A DNA stretch of 63,598 nucleotides, the filler included, from Nemertoderma westbladi (taxonomy: Eukaryota > Animalia > Xenacoelomorpha), in assembly GCA_032718475.1 (NCBI GenBank). It is 3 parts of 3 records of this genome, joined end to end, with 100 filler letters (N's around TTAATTAATTAA, not from the genome) between each part and the next. Parts side by side here need not be neighbours in the genome. Positions count along the whole stretch, not along the records: positions 1 to 30,683 come from JAUCBJ010005436.1; 2 more parts are not named here. One strand, 5' to 3'. The notes beneath the pieces are model-generated. The model was not told where the DNA came from and did not search any database. It saw only the letters and a program-made list of their open reading frames with translations. This document shows, piece after piece, positions 1 through 10,714 of this stretch (the stretch's first letter is position 1; each line of letters starts with the position of its first letter). The translations under genes and the position numbers were made by a program.

Positions 1-1134
1 TTTTAGCTTATGACAAGTATTTGATTCACTACACTAGTCGAAACCAATCCGTGCGCGACCATTCACCCGCTGGATATTCCCGGGAGATTGGGTTCGACGG
101 TTTAATTTTATTGCTATGTAAGCTTAATGTATTATTCGACTGACAGTATTATATAATCTCTGACAATATTATTCACCTTCGGGAATATTAACAGTTCCTT
201 TAGGACGTGGCGCTTTATCTATATAAACAGAGTTATGACTTAAACTACTCACAACGATATGGCTTAATTATAATTCACATATATGGCGCATTCTTTAGGA
301 ATTGCTTCTTTAACAGGCTCGCTCATACGCAATGCTGCACAATACTGCACACTAATCTGCCAATCTTCACTGATTTTAATCACATATAAAAGGAACACAG
401 ACTGACTCATGTAGGGTCTATCAAATAACATTAGATTCACTTCAAACCACTTTAACATAAGTCACAATCGTTATTGATAACCCTTCTCTCTTACCTTCGG
501 TATATCAAGAATATTGGGTGTCGGGGTTATTGATCGTTATTCCAAATATAATAATTCATCAACAAATATAATGAATAACCGACAACAAATAGCAGTATAC
601 AATATTGATTGAGCAGGTAATTTTAGCAGTTTCAGCAGTTATTAAAAGCCGTGTGGCAGCAGTTGCCAGTTAACCACCAGTTAAAGGATATATGTCCTTG
701 TAATTAAACCTACTAGTGTTGAGCTAAAAAGCAGAAAACATAAAACACTACAAAGCCGTTCTTTCGTGGCTTTGAAAAACTCGTGACTACTGCTCTATAC
801 GAGTATACCAACCACTCTTGTTCCACGAAGCTCCCGTTCAACACAGAGAAAGAGCAGTGAGATAGGAAATTTTCAGTTCAGTACTCTGTGATTGGTCAAA
901 ATCAAGGCTAACTCAAAATTCTATTGGGAGATACAAAAACAAGGCTATGACGCAACCTCCCTAGGCTTGTTGGCCGATTAAACAGAGCCCAGATGCCTGC
1001 GTATAGCAAATCAGCCAATAAGCTGGTAACTTGCACTATTTTTAGTTATAGATCACTTTGAGAGTATTCTTAGCGACTGGGGGGGAACTGGCCAACAAGG
1101 CAAACTAATCAGTTATCCCACAAAAGCTTTTACA
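1..1134 (-). repeat. Partial, diverged inverted copy of the fold-back repeat at 26035-28099
   Basis: 1-~270 is the reverse complement of the spacer at ~26890-27163 (TTTAGCTTATGACAAGTATTTGAT vs ATCAAATACTTGTCATAGGCTAAA). ~280-600 matches the arms. It ends in CAAAAGCTTTTACA at 1134, like the terminus at 28099. Confidence 0.75.
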
Positions 1135-1242
1135 GCGGCTGTCGAGCAGCAGCAACATCCTAGCCAAGAGCCTAGTTCTCAGCGGCCCGATAGCTCCAGT
1201 AGTTCGGATACTGTAGAGCTGACACCCGAACGCGGAGCGAAG

Positions 1243-1800
1243 ATGGCGGATACGGTTTATTCGGACCCCCTTCTCATCCTTCCTGCAGCCGTACTCACTA
1301 GGGTATTGATTGCGGTGGAGGAACACCATATTGATTGGGCGAGAAGTAAGCGATCGACTAAGGATAGTTATGCGGGATACACAAGGGAAGAACTGGAGTC
1401 TATTGTCGAGTTGCAATGGAACTTCCCCGGACCTGGACTCCCGTTTGACTTATCGGAAGCTGCCTGGGAAGACATACACAGGATGGGAGTGACAAAAGAA
1501 ACCAGCGATCCAGCTGTATGGAAGAGGTCAGCAGCCGGATACGTGCAGGGATTCTTCAGCTCTATGGAGCGATTAGAGGAACAATTGTTTCGACAACCAC
1601 AAGGACCTCAAGAGCAGGGAAAGCTGCTTTATCAAGTTAGAGAAAGAATTCTAAGAATCAGACTAATCTTATCTGCCTTTGAGGAAGCTTCAAAAAGAAG
1701 ACAAGACACGTCGTTGCAAGTTGCTGTAAAGTTGCCGTTGGTTTCAGCGGGTGAGCCTCCAAGTTCAAAGAACTACCCCGTGGAAATCTCAGTTGGATGA
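1243..1800 (+). CDS. 5' ORF of outer BEL element (probable frameshifted gag N-terminus)
   Basis: 185-aa ATG-initiated ORF overlapping the next ORF in another frame; no recognisable motif. Confidence 0.35.
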   Translation: MADTVYSDPLLILPAAVLTRVLIAVEEHHIDWARSKRSTKDSYAGYTREELESIVELQWNFPGPGLPFDLSEAAWEDIHRMGVTKETSDPAVWKRSAAGYVQGFFSSMERLEEQLFRQPQGPQEQGKLLYQVRERILRIRLILSAFEEASKRRQDTSLQVAVKLPLVSAGEPPSSKNYPVEISVG

Positions 1801-3286
1801 GCGCTCAACCCATGGAGAATCAACAGACGCTACCTTTTCCCAAGTGGAAAGCGAAGCGACAGCAGAGAAACTGCATAAGAGGGATGCTATTGACATCTAT
1901 CTGTCAGACTATCAACGATTTGTAGGGGACGAAGAGTTGAGGAGACGGCTGGATGGACTTAGCCCTAATAGTGAAGGAGCCAAACTTGTGTTGGACGCAA
2001 TCGATGTAGATATGTTAGCTGCGAACCAAGCTAGATTTGATGAAAGCATCCGCCTCACTAAGGTTCAAGAGGAACAAGTAAAGAAAAAACGAATAGAAGA
2101 CAGAAAGACAGCAGCAGTAACAGCGGCAATGGCAAAGGCAGAAGCGGAAAGAAAGGCGGCAGAAGCAGCGGCAGAAGCGGAAAGAAAGGCGGCAGAAGCA
2201 GCGGCCGAAGCGGAAAGAAAAGCGGCTGTAGCAGCGGCGGAGGCAGTGGCAGAAGCAGAACGGAGGGCATCTGAAGAGACAACCCAACTAGAGTTGGAAA
2301 ATCTTCAAGAGAGGCAAGACTACATAAATAAACAGTTAACAGCTAGTCAAATGCAGATGATGAGACGATCTACTCCCAAACGGCAGGGATTTACATCATC
2401 TGATGAAGGCGATACCACCGATCCTGAAGGTGGAGGAAATAGATCTCGTCTAAGCAGCCGTAGAAGAATGTCCCACCGTCAGAAATTGCCTGATTTGCCC
2501 CCAACTGTTAGAAGGCAACTAACTAACACAGGCTTAGGTAGTACAGAACCCACAGACCAAATAATTAAAATAGAAAGACTCCCTACTATAGTAGATGATC
2601 CTGAAATAATTAGGCCTGTTCTTGAAATCACCCCTTCGGTGATAGAGACACCTGTGCTCCCAGAACCTATCTCTAAATTCCCTCTTCACAGCACTAAGCT
2701 ACCTGTGCCCCATGGAGCCGCCCCTGAAAATGTTCATGTCCCTGACTCCGAGCGAAATATTAATGGTTTGTCGCCCGTTGTCCCTCGTCCACCCGCTACA
2801 ACGTTGGCGTATCCTGCTTCGGCAGTTGATTGGGTGGATGAGAGACGGCGGGGGATGGATATTCTCCTCGGGAAGATGGAGGAGAATCAGGTTCGCTCCT
2901 CCCAACAGGTCCGAGAGTTAGAAGGGACTGTTCAACAGCTAAAGGGAACAGTAAGAGAAAGTAAGTTAGAGTTGCGAGAAGTGCAGCAAAATATCGCGTT
3001 AGAACGCGATAAATTAGTAAATATACAAAAGGGTATACCACCACCCTCTGTAACAATGTGTCAACCTGTTAGGTCTGAAGTATTTCATGCGCAAGGTGTG
3101 GAGCCTACACGCATCTATACTGCTAGTGAAGTAGAAACTACTATAGTAAACCCTATTAAGGGTAATTATAAACCTGTTGACAATGATATTCCATATAGAC
3201 TTGGTAATAATCTGAGAAATTTATATACCGATAACTCGATATTAAATAATACGATGGCCCAAGAACGAAGAAAAGAAGATGGCTAG
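1751..3286 (+). CDS. BEL gag N-terminal coiled-coil/low-complexity region
   Basis: 511-aa ORF with AEAERKAAEAAA repeats and a predicted coiled coil; overlaps the start of the gag-core ORF. Confidence 0.55.
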   Translation: MSLQVQRTTPWKSQLDERSTHGESTDATFSQVESEATAEKLHKRDAIDIYLSDYQRFVGDEELRRRLDGLSPNSEGAKLVLDAIDVDMLAANQARFDESIRLTKVQEEQVKKKRIEDRKTAAVTAAMAKAEAERKAAEAAAEAERKAAEAAAEAERKAAVAAAEAVAEAERRASEETTQLELENLQERQDYINKQLTASQMQMMRRSTPKRQGFTSSDEGDTTDPEGGGNRSRLSSRRRMSHRQKLPDLPPTVRRQLTNTGLGSTEPTDQIIKIERLPTIVDDPEIIRPVLEITPSVIETPVLPEPISKFPLHSTKLPVPHGAAPENVHVPDSERNINGLSPVVPRPPATTLAYPASAVDWVDERRRGMDILLGKMEENQVRSSQQVRELEGTVQQLKGTVRESKLELREVQQNIALERDKLVNIQKGIPPPSVTMCQPVRSEVFHAQGVEPTRIYTASEVETTIVNPIKGNYKPVDNDIPYRLGNNLRNLYTDNSILNNTMAQERRKEDG

Positions 3287-5312
3287 AACCAAAGCCTGTC
3301 AAGCGGTAAAGGTTGGAGAGATAGTCAAGTTCAACGGAGATGAGATGAAATGGTTACCTTTTAATGAATATTACAAAGATAACATACATAACTCTGTACT
3401 ATCCAATGGAGAGAAACTTAGATACCTCATCGAGTGCTTGGAAGGATCTCCCAAGTTAATGGCGTTAAAGTTTATTGGAGATCCAGATGGATTAAGACAA
3501 GTTTGGGATACACTAAACATCAGGTATGGTAATAGGACTAACATAGCTAGGTATTTATATGCGAAATTAATGGCGCCCCGAAAGTTTCTTAGCAGCGGGA
3601 TTATAGAGTTTTCCGACGAGATTCAGGAGATCTGTAGACAACTAGATTGGTTAGATAAGTCTCATGAATACCATAATTCTATGGTTGTAGGAGCCTTAGC
3701 ATCTACTTTGCCCAAGGGTGGAGTAGATACACGCTGGGACAAGAAAGTGTTATATATGATGGAACAACAACGAAGAGACCCTACCATGGCTGATCTCATG
3801 TCATTCTTTGATAGAGAGGTAAAATTACAGCTCCTAAAACAGTCCAGAGAGAAGACACCGGAAAATAAGGTAAGTGAGAAACCCGTTTCTAGGAGAAAGG
3901 TAATACCAGTCTGTTATACCGACGACGGCGAAAGCCAGACTTCTCAAGGAGAGGACAGCGGGAAAGACACTGAAAGATCTTATTATGTCAATAAAACGCC
4001 TAAAGAACAGGTAAGTAAATTCAAGTCTCGAACCCATGACAGGAGAGAACAGATAAGAAAAACTCCTCCTACGTCTCCTAAGAGAATTCATAGAAGAAAG
4101 CCCGAGGAAAGAACAAGTGTGCACCACACAGCACAGGTTAAAGTAAGTAACATCAAGCCCAAATGTGTGTTGTGCAACGGGCCCCACCGTTTAAGTGCGT
4201 GTGATGAATTCCTGAGGAAATCATTAAAAGATAGACGTGAAGTCATGTGGGATAAGCGGTTGTGTTATAATTGCCTCAGACGAGGACACCAACGGCGAAC
4301 CTGTTACTCCGACGCAAGGTGTGCAAAGTGCGGTGCAAAACATCATATCTTGTTGCACACTGAATTCGAACGAAACAGCCCGAGTCAGGTAAGTGAGTCC
4401 GAACTGCATGTCCAATTCAGTGATGTGAACGATACTGACCAAAGTTCTGAGATGGAAGGATTCTATACGGACGAATTCTTCGACCAAGACGAATCCTGTT
4501 ACCTAATAAATACCGCAGTGTATCGAGCACTTAAGTATGAAAGAGACCCCGACAGCGACCTCACCCTAACTACTTCTGATCGACAACCATCTTGGAAAGC
4601 GCCAACTTCCAATGTAGGAATCCGAGAATTTCCTGTAGTACAGTTAAGGGTCCACGGACCTAAAAGGAGTTATATAGTGAACGCCCTCCTTGACTCCGGT
4701 AGCACAGGAACATTCATCGACAAAGAACTAGCCGAAGACATCTTTGCTGGACAACCCAAGTTCCGAACTAAGCTAAACTTGTCAGGAATTATGCAGGTTT
4801 GGAAATCTACCGTAATAGCTGATTATTATGTAGGCGCGTTGTCCACCCCCCAGGATGAACTAGGAGAACATAGTATAAGGTCAGTAAAGATGGTGGCGAT
4901 AAAGAACTTCGCTACCAGCCAAGTGGAACCTTATAACTGGGATGAGGACGATTTCACCCAGCAGCTTGAAATACCTAGATTCGACACCGATTACCCTGGA
5001 ATGCAAATACTCATCGGTCAAAACACGCATGAAGCGCTCGAGACATTGGAGAAACGGCCTGCTCAACCGCAACCACTACAAGCTTATGCGGGAAGAACTA
5101 GAGTAGGTTGGTACCTTACTGGTCCGTCCCGTAGAACACTCATGGAAAGGTTGCCCAAAGAACGGGTCTACCACGTAAGTAAATGGGAAGTGGAGAGCAG
5201 TGAGGTGGACGATCCAACTGAGGGAATACCATACTCCTCAGATAATGACGATATTAACTCTAATGAAGATCAATGGAGACATTGCCTTGGGACGATTAAT
5301 CCAGAGGATTAA
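3279..5312 (+). CDS. gag-pro: BEL/Pao gag core (DUF1759-like) + triple zinc knuckle + aspartic protease
   Basis: KFNGDEMKWLPF..EKLRYL gag motif; CVLCNGPHRLSAC, CYNCLRRGHQRRTC and CAKCGAKHHILLH (BEL-type knuckles); ALLDSGSTGTFI protease active site. Confidence 0.9.
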   Translation: MARTKACQAVKVGEIVKFNGDEMKWLPFNEYYKDNIHNSVLSNGEKLRYLIECLEGSPKLMALKFIGDPDGLRQVWDTLNIRYGNRTNIARYLYAKLMAPRKFLSSGIIEFSDEIQEICRQLDWLDKSHEYHNSMVVGALASTLPKGGVDTRWDKKVLYMMEQQRRDPTMADLMSFFDREVKLQLLKQSREKTPENKVSEKPVSRRKVIPVCYTDDGESQTSQGEDSGKDTERSYYVNKTPKEQVSKFKSRTHDRREQIRKTPPTSPKRIHRRKPEERTSVHHTAQVKVSNIKPKCVLCNGPHRLSACDEFLRKSLKDRREVMWDKRLCYNCLRRGHQRRTCYSDARCAKCGAKHHILLHTEFERNSPSQVSESELHVQFSDVNDTDQSSEMEGFYTDEFFDQDESCYLINTAVYRALKYERDPDSDLTLTTSDRQPSWKAPTSNVGIREFPVVQLRVHGPKRSYIVNALLDSGSTGTFIDKELAEDIFAGQPKFRTKLNLSGIMQVWKSTVIADYYVGALSTPQDELGEHSIRSVKMVAIKNFATSQVEPYNWDEDDFTQQLEIPRFDTDYPGMQILIGQNTHEALETLEKRPAQPQPLQAYAGRTRVGWYLTGPSRRTLMERLPKERVYHVSKWEVESSEVDDPTEGIPYSSDNDDINSNEDQWRHCLGTINPED

Positions 5313-5520
5313 TACATCGCTTCCAGAGGAGCAGCTCCTCAAGAACTGATAGATACTCCGGACTGGTTAAGTGGACCCGACTTCCTAAGTAAAGAAGAAG
5401 ATGAATGGCCTCCTCAGCTTACCACGGCGGAGATTAGACAGGCCAAGGGAGCGGAGAAAGTAACACAACAACTCAATCGCCCAGCTGGTCGTTTATGTTT
5501 ACTGGAAAAAGACCGAAAAC
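5270..5520 (+). pseudogene. Fused remnants of Pao RNase H end and integrase C-terminus
   Basis: QWRHCLGTINP..ASRG..WLSGPDFL..WPP (RNase H tail) followed within ~100 nt by RPAGRLCLLE (typical BEL pol terminus). RT and the integrase core are absent. Confidence 0.7.
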
Positions 5521-5571
5521 TGTCCGGAAACTATGGAAGGCAAGATACTCTTCCTACGACCACTTCCCTAA

Positions 5572-6128
5572 TGTTAGCTTATTCAATCCCGCTAACACCC
5601 CATAAAGTTAAGCCGATAAGCAATATTGGGGGCCACGAGGTTGGGTAATCACCAATTCGTGTCACCCCAATAAAATGGGAAGGAGAAACACAATGAGGGT
5701 CAGGGGCCAAACCCCTAACCCAGAGAGAACAGGTGGAGTGAACGGGAACACTCCAAAGGGCGCCAACAAGGGTATCAACCAATCAGACGGGGGAAAGGCA
5801 TCGATTAGGTAGAGTAACAAGGCCAACCGTGCAATATAGCCAGTTGGCAGTAATCATATCAGTTCAGTTATCTCAGTATCATATTGGTGCTAGTTAGGTT
5901 AGTTAGTTTAGCTAGGGAAGGACCGGGACTTTAATTACCGTATCCCGCCTTCCGTGTGCGACAACATTATTCATATACCTATATCTATATACCCTATATC
6001 TATATATCCGTACAACCGATTATTATATACGACGAACGACAGGAACTCCTTTTACCTTTCATACACACGGCGGGGACGCGTGAACTAAACAACCGGATAA
6101 ACCGGGATCCTTCCTGGATCCCGTCACA
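5572..6128 (+). repeat. 5' LTR
   Basis: TGTTAGCTT...CCGTCACA, direct repeat of 21682-22238 with about 7 substitutions counted by eye. Confidence 0.95.
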
Positions 6129-6266
6129 GTAATTAAACCAGTGCTGCCGCCCTAGCTAAACTCAGTAATTAAAACCTAGCAGCTACCTGGCAGTAATTCC
6201 TCAGCGCTGCCTCAGAGCTGCCGCCCTAGCTAGCTAAACCACCAGCCACCAATCGAACCAACCGAG

Positions 6267-7987
6267 ATGAGTCTGTCGGGAGAGACAACGCCGACGCGGA
6301 CCCCAGACAAAGAATTAACGATCCGCGAGGCCGCAACCAGGCGGTACAGGCCCACAACGCCGGACCCATCGATAATGGGTCACCCGGCAGTTCAGGATGA
6401 GGGGGGCCGCCTGGAACCCGAGGTCGAGCCGAGAGGAGGAGAGAGCGGGATGGAGGGAGAAGGAGACGAGTCGACACGGGACGTGGGTCGAGGTACTGAT
6501 GTCGCCGGCCAGCCACAGGCCGAGGGCGAGGAGCGGCCCACCGAAACGGCGACGGTGGAGCCGACGGTACGACGCCGGACCCGAAGAGACGGAGGAGATG
6601 TCGGTACCGATGTCGCCGGCCAGCCACAGGCCGAGGGCGACGAGCAGCCCACCGAAACGGCGACGGTGGGGCCGACGGTACGACGCCGGACCCGGAGAGA
6701 CGGAAGAGAGGTCGGCGACGAGGACGTCGGGGTTTCTGATCGACTTCGACGGGCCGACAACGCGACCCAGAAACTGCTAAAGGAGGCCAAAGAGGGGGCG
6801 AAGATAGATAAGGTGAGACTGAGGAGACGACTAGGTGAGTCGAATAAACACTTTAAATATCTAATGCGCTTCGGGCAAAGAGAACTGGCCAAGGAGAGAG
6901 CGAGAGGGGTTGCCGAGGAACTGTATGACTTGTGGCAGTGTAGGGGTATGGAACCTAGCGTAGTGTACGTAGGGCCATACTTAGTCGATGCCCGGGGACT
7001 AAAATTAGTGGGTTGGGGGAGACCTGAGGAGGGCGAATCCGAGGTTAACCCCGAGGATTCGGCCTCGTCGGTCGGAGGAAGTTCCGGGAGGCGGGGGAAA
7101 GTCAGTAGGACTGGGAGGCGGAGGGAATCCGTTACGACCGATAAGTCTGATACATCCTCCGCGAAAGAAAGACGGGTGAGAGAGATAAATGCCGCGTACC
7201 GTCTCGATTTAATAGAGCAAGGTCAAAGGGAAGTAGGTAAACGGTTAGAGGAGGGGAGAGTGCTGCTAGAGAGGGAAATGGCGTTGATTAAGGAAACCGG
7301 AGAGAGGGCCGAAAGGGCCGCGAGAAGCCTTAGGGAGTGTGAGGAAGTAGGGAGGAAGGAACAAGAAGAACGCGAGGCGAGAGAGAAAAATGAGCGCAAA
7401 GAACGTGAGGCGGAACGTAGGGAACGTGAGGCGGAACGTAGGGAACGTGAGGCGAAAGAGGAAAACGAGTGCAAAGAGCGCGAGGAGAGAGAGGAAAACG
7501 AGCGTAGAGAGCGTGAGGTGAGACGAAGGAAGGGGGCTAGAAGAGAGTTGGAATTGGCCGAATGGGACGCACGAGAGTGTAAGGAGAGAATGGCAAGGAA
7601 GGAGTGTGAGCAAAAGGAACTAGAGAAACGTCAAGGTGAGCTTACAGGATACAAAGCTATACACACACGCGAACGGGAATTGGCGCGAATAGGGGTGTCT
7701 GAGAGTGGGGCTAGCTCGAGTATTCTCGAGGAGCCAGGGGCCGTGGATATATTTATTGATACCCCACTTACAGGGACCGCACGACAGACCCAAGACTGGT
7801 GTCACCATACGGGCGGGGGGGTAATAATAATGCTATAATAGACGTCGTTAATATTAATAGTACCGTATGGGATAACTCTAACCAAACCTTTATTGCAGCA
7901 AATAATACTTTACCTAGTAGCAGTAATTTAAATTTAAATACAGATAATAATTTCAATTTGAACGTGCAAAATATTCCGAGTGGTAAT
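6267..7987 (+). CDS. gag: Gag N-terminal region part 1 (Glu/Arg-rich coiled coil, then Asn-rich tract)
   Basis: ATG at 6267; internal ~114-bp duplication (DVAGQPQAEG..RRRTRRDG twice); EREARE repeats. Frame changes at a G run (~7815-7821) into the Asn-rich 7799 frame, which is cut by the CRE insertion. Confidence 0.6.
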
Positions 7988-7988
7988 T

Positions 7989-10712
7989 GAAGAACATTTT
8001 ATTTCGTCTTTATTAGTAAATATTTGGTAAATATTATTCTGTAATAATGTTAGATATAATTACGTATAATAACAAACAATAATACATAAATGTACAAACA
8101 ATGTAGGGTGAGTAAAGTAATTGAGCGCACTTTAATTTTGTTATAGTAATAGTTTTTACTTCCCCTTTCCCCCTTTACCCCTCTCTTAACCACCCCAGAT
8201 CCCGGTCCCATCACCGAAACCGAGACCTCGCCAAGACCTTCGACCCCCACGGAGGCAGAGCGAACATGACCGAAGTAGTGCAAACTGCAGTCTCCGCCGG
8301 ACGGCACCCAAGACACAGGCGTAGCCGCGGTTTCGCATAGACTCTCGCCTTGCAACCAGCGCTTCTGTGAGGTGTGCGATGAGGATTTTGGCCTCGGCAC
8401 ACCAGACACCATCTGTGGTTCCCACCAGTGGTGTGAAGGCCATCCGTCGATCTTCACACACTGGCTGGTAGTGTGCCTTCTTTTGGCGCGCCCTCTGCTC
8501 GAGGAGGGATTCTGTTGACCGGTTGGTTTGAATGTAGGAGGTAGCGTCAGGGTTAATAACCGCAATGTCGAACGACGCTATATGCTGATTGGACCAAACC
8601 CCCCGACTGACCAGGTCTGCACGGACCCCACCCACCACTCGACCCTCCGCGTCCAGATGACCACGAGAGAGAGTAACCTCACGCTCCACACTGGATGCAC
8701 CGAAGGCTGAAGCCAGTAGTTCACCATAGACCTCCCTCAGCTCGTCATGGCGCTTGATGACGAGGCCTCCTGACTTGCAGCTGAGGGCGTGCGTAGTAGT
8801 GAAGTGGCCGCCGCAGCCCTCGCATTTGGTGGGGAGACCTGGTGGAACCAAACCATAGCGAAGGGCGAGACTATCTCGGAACTCATCGGGGCTTAAGTCT
8901 GTGTGGTCCACGGCCGATGGTTGGGCTGTGAGCCAGCCGCCAGTGTTATTCGCAATGGCCCGTTCTACAGTACGACGGCGACTGGGTGGGAGGGAGGCCA
9001 CTGAATCCTCCATTTTGGACTTGTAGTCCGCGTCCTGGGCACTGCGGCTCGCCTTTAGGGTGCTTCCCAACTTGGCATTGTGGTCTGCCACGAGAAGTGG
9101 TTCACCCGAACAGATTGACTCGGCGACTACCGATGTCCCGATTGTGGAGGTAGCCCGTGCGGATGTCTTACGAGTGAGTGGGTCCCTCAGTCCTATCCCT
9201 CCATGGCGTGTGGGAAGGAGGACGATTTCCTCATCAACCGTATCCAGAGGGAAGCCAAACAGTGCTGGGATGAATTTCTTGACCAGTGCTGTGCGGATCG
9301 GGGCGATAGCAACATCCTCGGTTGGTGACACCCGGAGGAGGTAGTCCCACTCTGCCTGTATGCAGCGTGAGACGCCTGTGTGGGCAGCCTGGGGATATTC
9401 TTTGGCAATTTCGGCGATGGTTTCGATGCTGCTGACCCAGCCAGCCACCTTCTCAGCTAAGAATTTGGCGTGACCAACCTCCGAACCAATGTATCCGCCA
9501 AGGAAGCGGTGCCCAGACACGATCTGGATGCCGTGTGGACCAAACAATGCTTGGGCCTGATTCTCGAGCCCCGGCTTGACTATGAGAAAGCTCTTCTCTG
9601 GCTCAGGGTAGTAGCCTATGCTGGGGCCTAGTCGCTGCAGCACGTGCCACCAGTTCCTGATCCCATGGAGTGTACCAGCTGATGCAGAGTCGTCTGCGTA
9701 CCAGCTTTGTCGTTGTGATGGTGTTCGCTGTATCATTGATGGAGCGTTCATTGGTGGTGGCTCGATGGGAGGTAATGGTTGTGATAGTGATCGAGTCTCG
9801 GTGTATCTCCTTGAATGCGGTGACTGTGGGACACTGGTGCTCCTGGTAGGCGATGGTAAGGGTAGAGTGGTGGACAAACTCGGTTGAGGTGATAACTTGG
9901 GTGAAGAAGGGTCTGCTTGAATATTGCGTAATGCCCGAATCATTGGGAGGGTGGTGCACCCATAAACCAGCATTGCGAGGGGATCACCTTGTGTCATCCC
10001 TTCGGCACTCCATATGGGCGACTTTGAGCCAGACATGTAGAGGGCAGCGTGACCGTTATAAGCATTATACACAAAACGTGATGCTCGATGCCAGTAAATG
10101 CGACAGTTCCACAATGCTGCTGGGCGACTCAAGCTGTTGAATGCGTTGCTCGCGTCGACAAGCAGCATTGCCTGGGTCTCCTCCTCGGTGAAAATAGATG
10201 TCATGGCGTGTATGGCGCCCTCGAGTCCGGCTTTGACGCCCGTGCACAGTTGGTCCGCACCACACTCTGCGATTAGATCTGACTTCGTCGCCATCGCCAG
10301 GCAGTTTGCCAGCAGGCGGTATAAAACCTCCCCAATGCCGATAGGTCGGACACCCGGCTTCTTGTCAAGGCCGATCAACCGACAGGCCCTCAGTGCCCGG
10401 ATCTGGCCCCATGGTACCATGGTGTTAGAGAGGCGTCGTGCGAGACTGGCGACAGCTTCACGGAGGCGTGCACTGTGGGCTTCATAGCGTGTGAGTAGAG
10501 CACTCCAGAGTTCTGCGTCGCCACCGACTGGACCAGCGCTGCCTCGCAGAGTCTTGGTGACTTTCAGGACTATCTGTCCTGATATATCGACAGCCTCTAA
10601 TGGTGGGAGAACAGGGCACGGTTCCAGTGATTCAGGTCTTATAGGAGCCTGTAAGGGGTGCTTCCTTTGAAGGATGTCCCGGACAGTTACTCTATCTGGT
10701 TCACCTCCTGCC
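7989..10712 (-). mobile_element. 5'-truncated CRE-clade (RT + restriction-like endonuclease) non-LTR retrotransposon inserted antisense in gag
   Basis: ATT duplicated at 7986-7988 and 10713-10715; AATAAA motifs on the minus strand near 7997-8014; removing the insert restores GNLDLEN in frame. Confidence 0.85.
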
Positions 10713-10714
10713 AT
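8186..10714 (-). CDS. Reverse transcriptase + CCHC + RLE (PD-D/ExK) endonuclease, CRE-like
   Basis: GVRPIGIGE, LLVDASNAFNSL, QGDPLAM and WYADD RT motifs; CEGC..HALSC knuckle; RHD..RADL..FDIAV..KKAHY..FTPLV RLE motifs; uninterrupted 842 aa. Confidence 0.92.
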   Translation of the reverse strand: MAGGEPDRVTVRDILQRKHPLQAPIRPESLEPCPVLPPLEAVDISGQIVLKVTKTLRGSAGPVGGDAELWSALLTRYEAHSARLREAVASLARRLSNTMVPWGQIRALRACRLIGLDKKPGVRPIGIGEVLYRLLANCLAMATKSDLIAECGADQLCTGVKAGLEGAIHAMTSIFTEEETQAMLLVDASNAFNSLSRPAALWNCRIYWHRASRFVYNAYNGHAALYMSGSKSPIWSAEGMTQGDPLAMLVYGCTTLPMIRALRNIQADPSSPKLSPQPSLSTTLPLPSPTRSTSVPQSPHSRRYTETRSLSQPLPPIEPPPMNAPSMIQRTPSQRQSWYADDSASAGTLHGIRNWWHVLQRLGPSIGYYPEPEKSFLIVKPGLENQAQALFGPHGIQIVSGHRFLGGYIGSEVGHAKFLAEKVAGWVSSIETIAEIAKEYPQAAHTGVSRCIQAEWDYLLRVSPTEDVAIAPIRTALVKKFIPALFGFPLDTVDEEIVLLPTRHGGIGLRDPLTRKTSARATSTIGTSVVAESICSGEPLLVADHNAKLGSTLKASRSAQDADYKSKMEDSVASLPPSRRRTVERAIANNTGGWLTAQPSAVDHTDLSPDEFRDSLALRYGLVPPGLPTKCEGCGGHFTTTHALSCKSGGLVIKRHDELREVYGELLASAFGASSVEREVTLSRGHLDAEGRVVGGVRADLVSRGVWSNQHIASFDIAVINPDATSYIQTNRSTESLLEQRARQKKAHYQPVCEDRRMAFTPLVGTTDGVWCAEAKILIAHLTEALVARRESMRNRGYACVLGAVRRRLQFALLRSCSLCLRGGRRSWRGLGFGDGTGIWGG

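Noticed and set aside
1-1134. 5' LTR of the outer BEL element
   Set aside because: Does not match the sequence after that element's PPT (22294 onward); it matches the fold-back repeat instead.
5579-5782. 67-aa minus-strand ORF duplicated at 21689-21892
   Set aside because: Lies within the LTRs; the duplication is explained by LTR identity.
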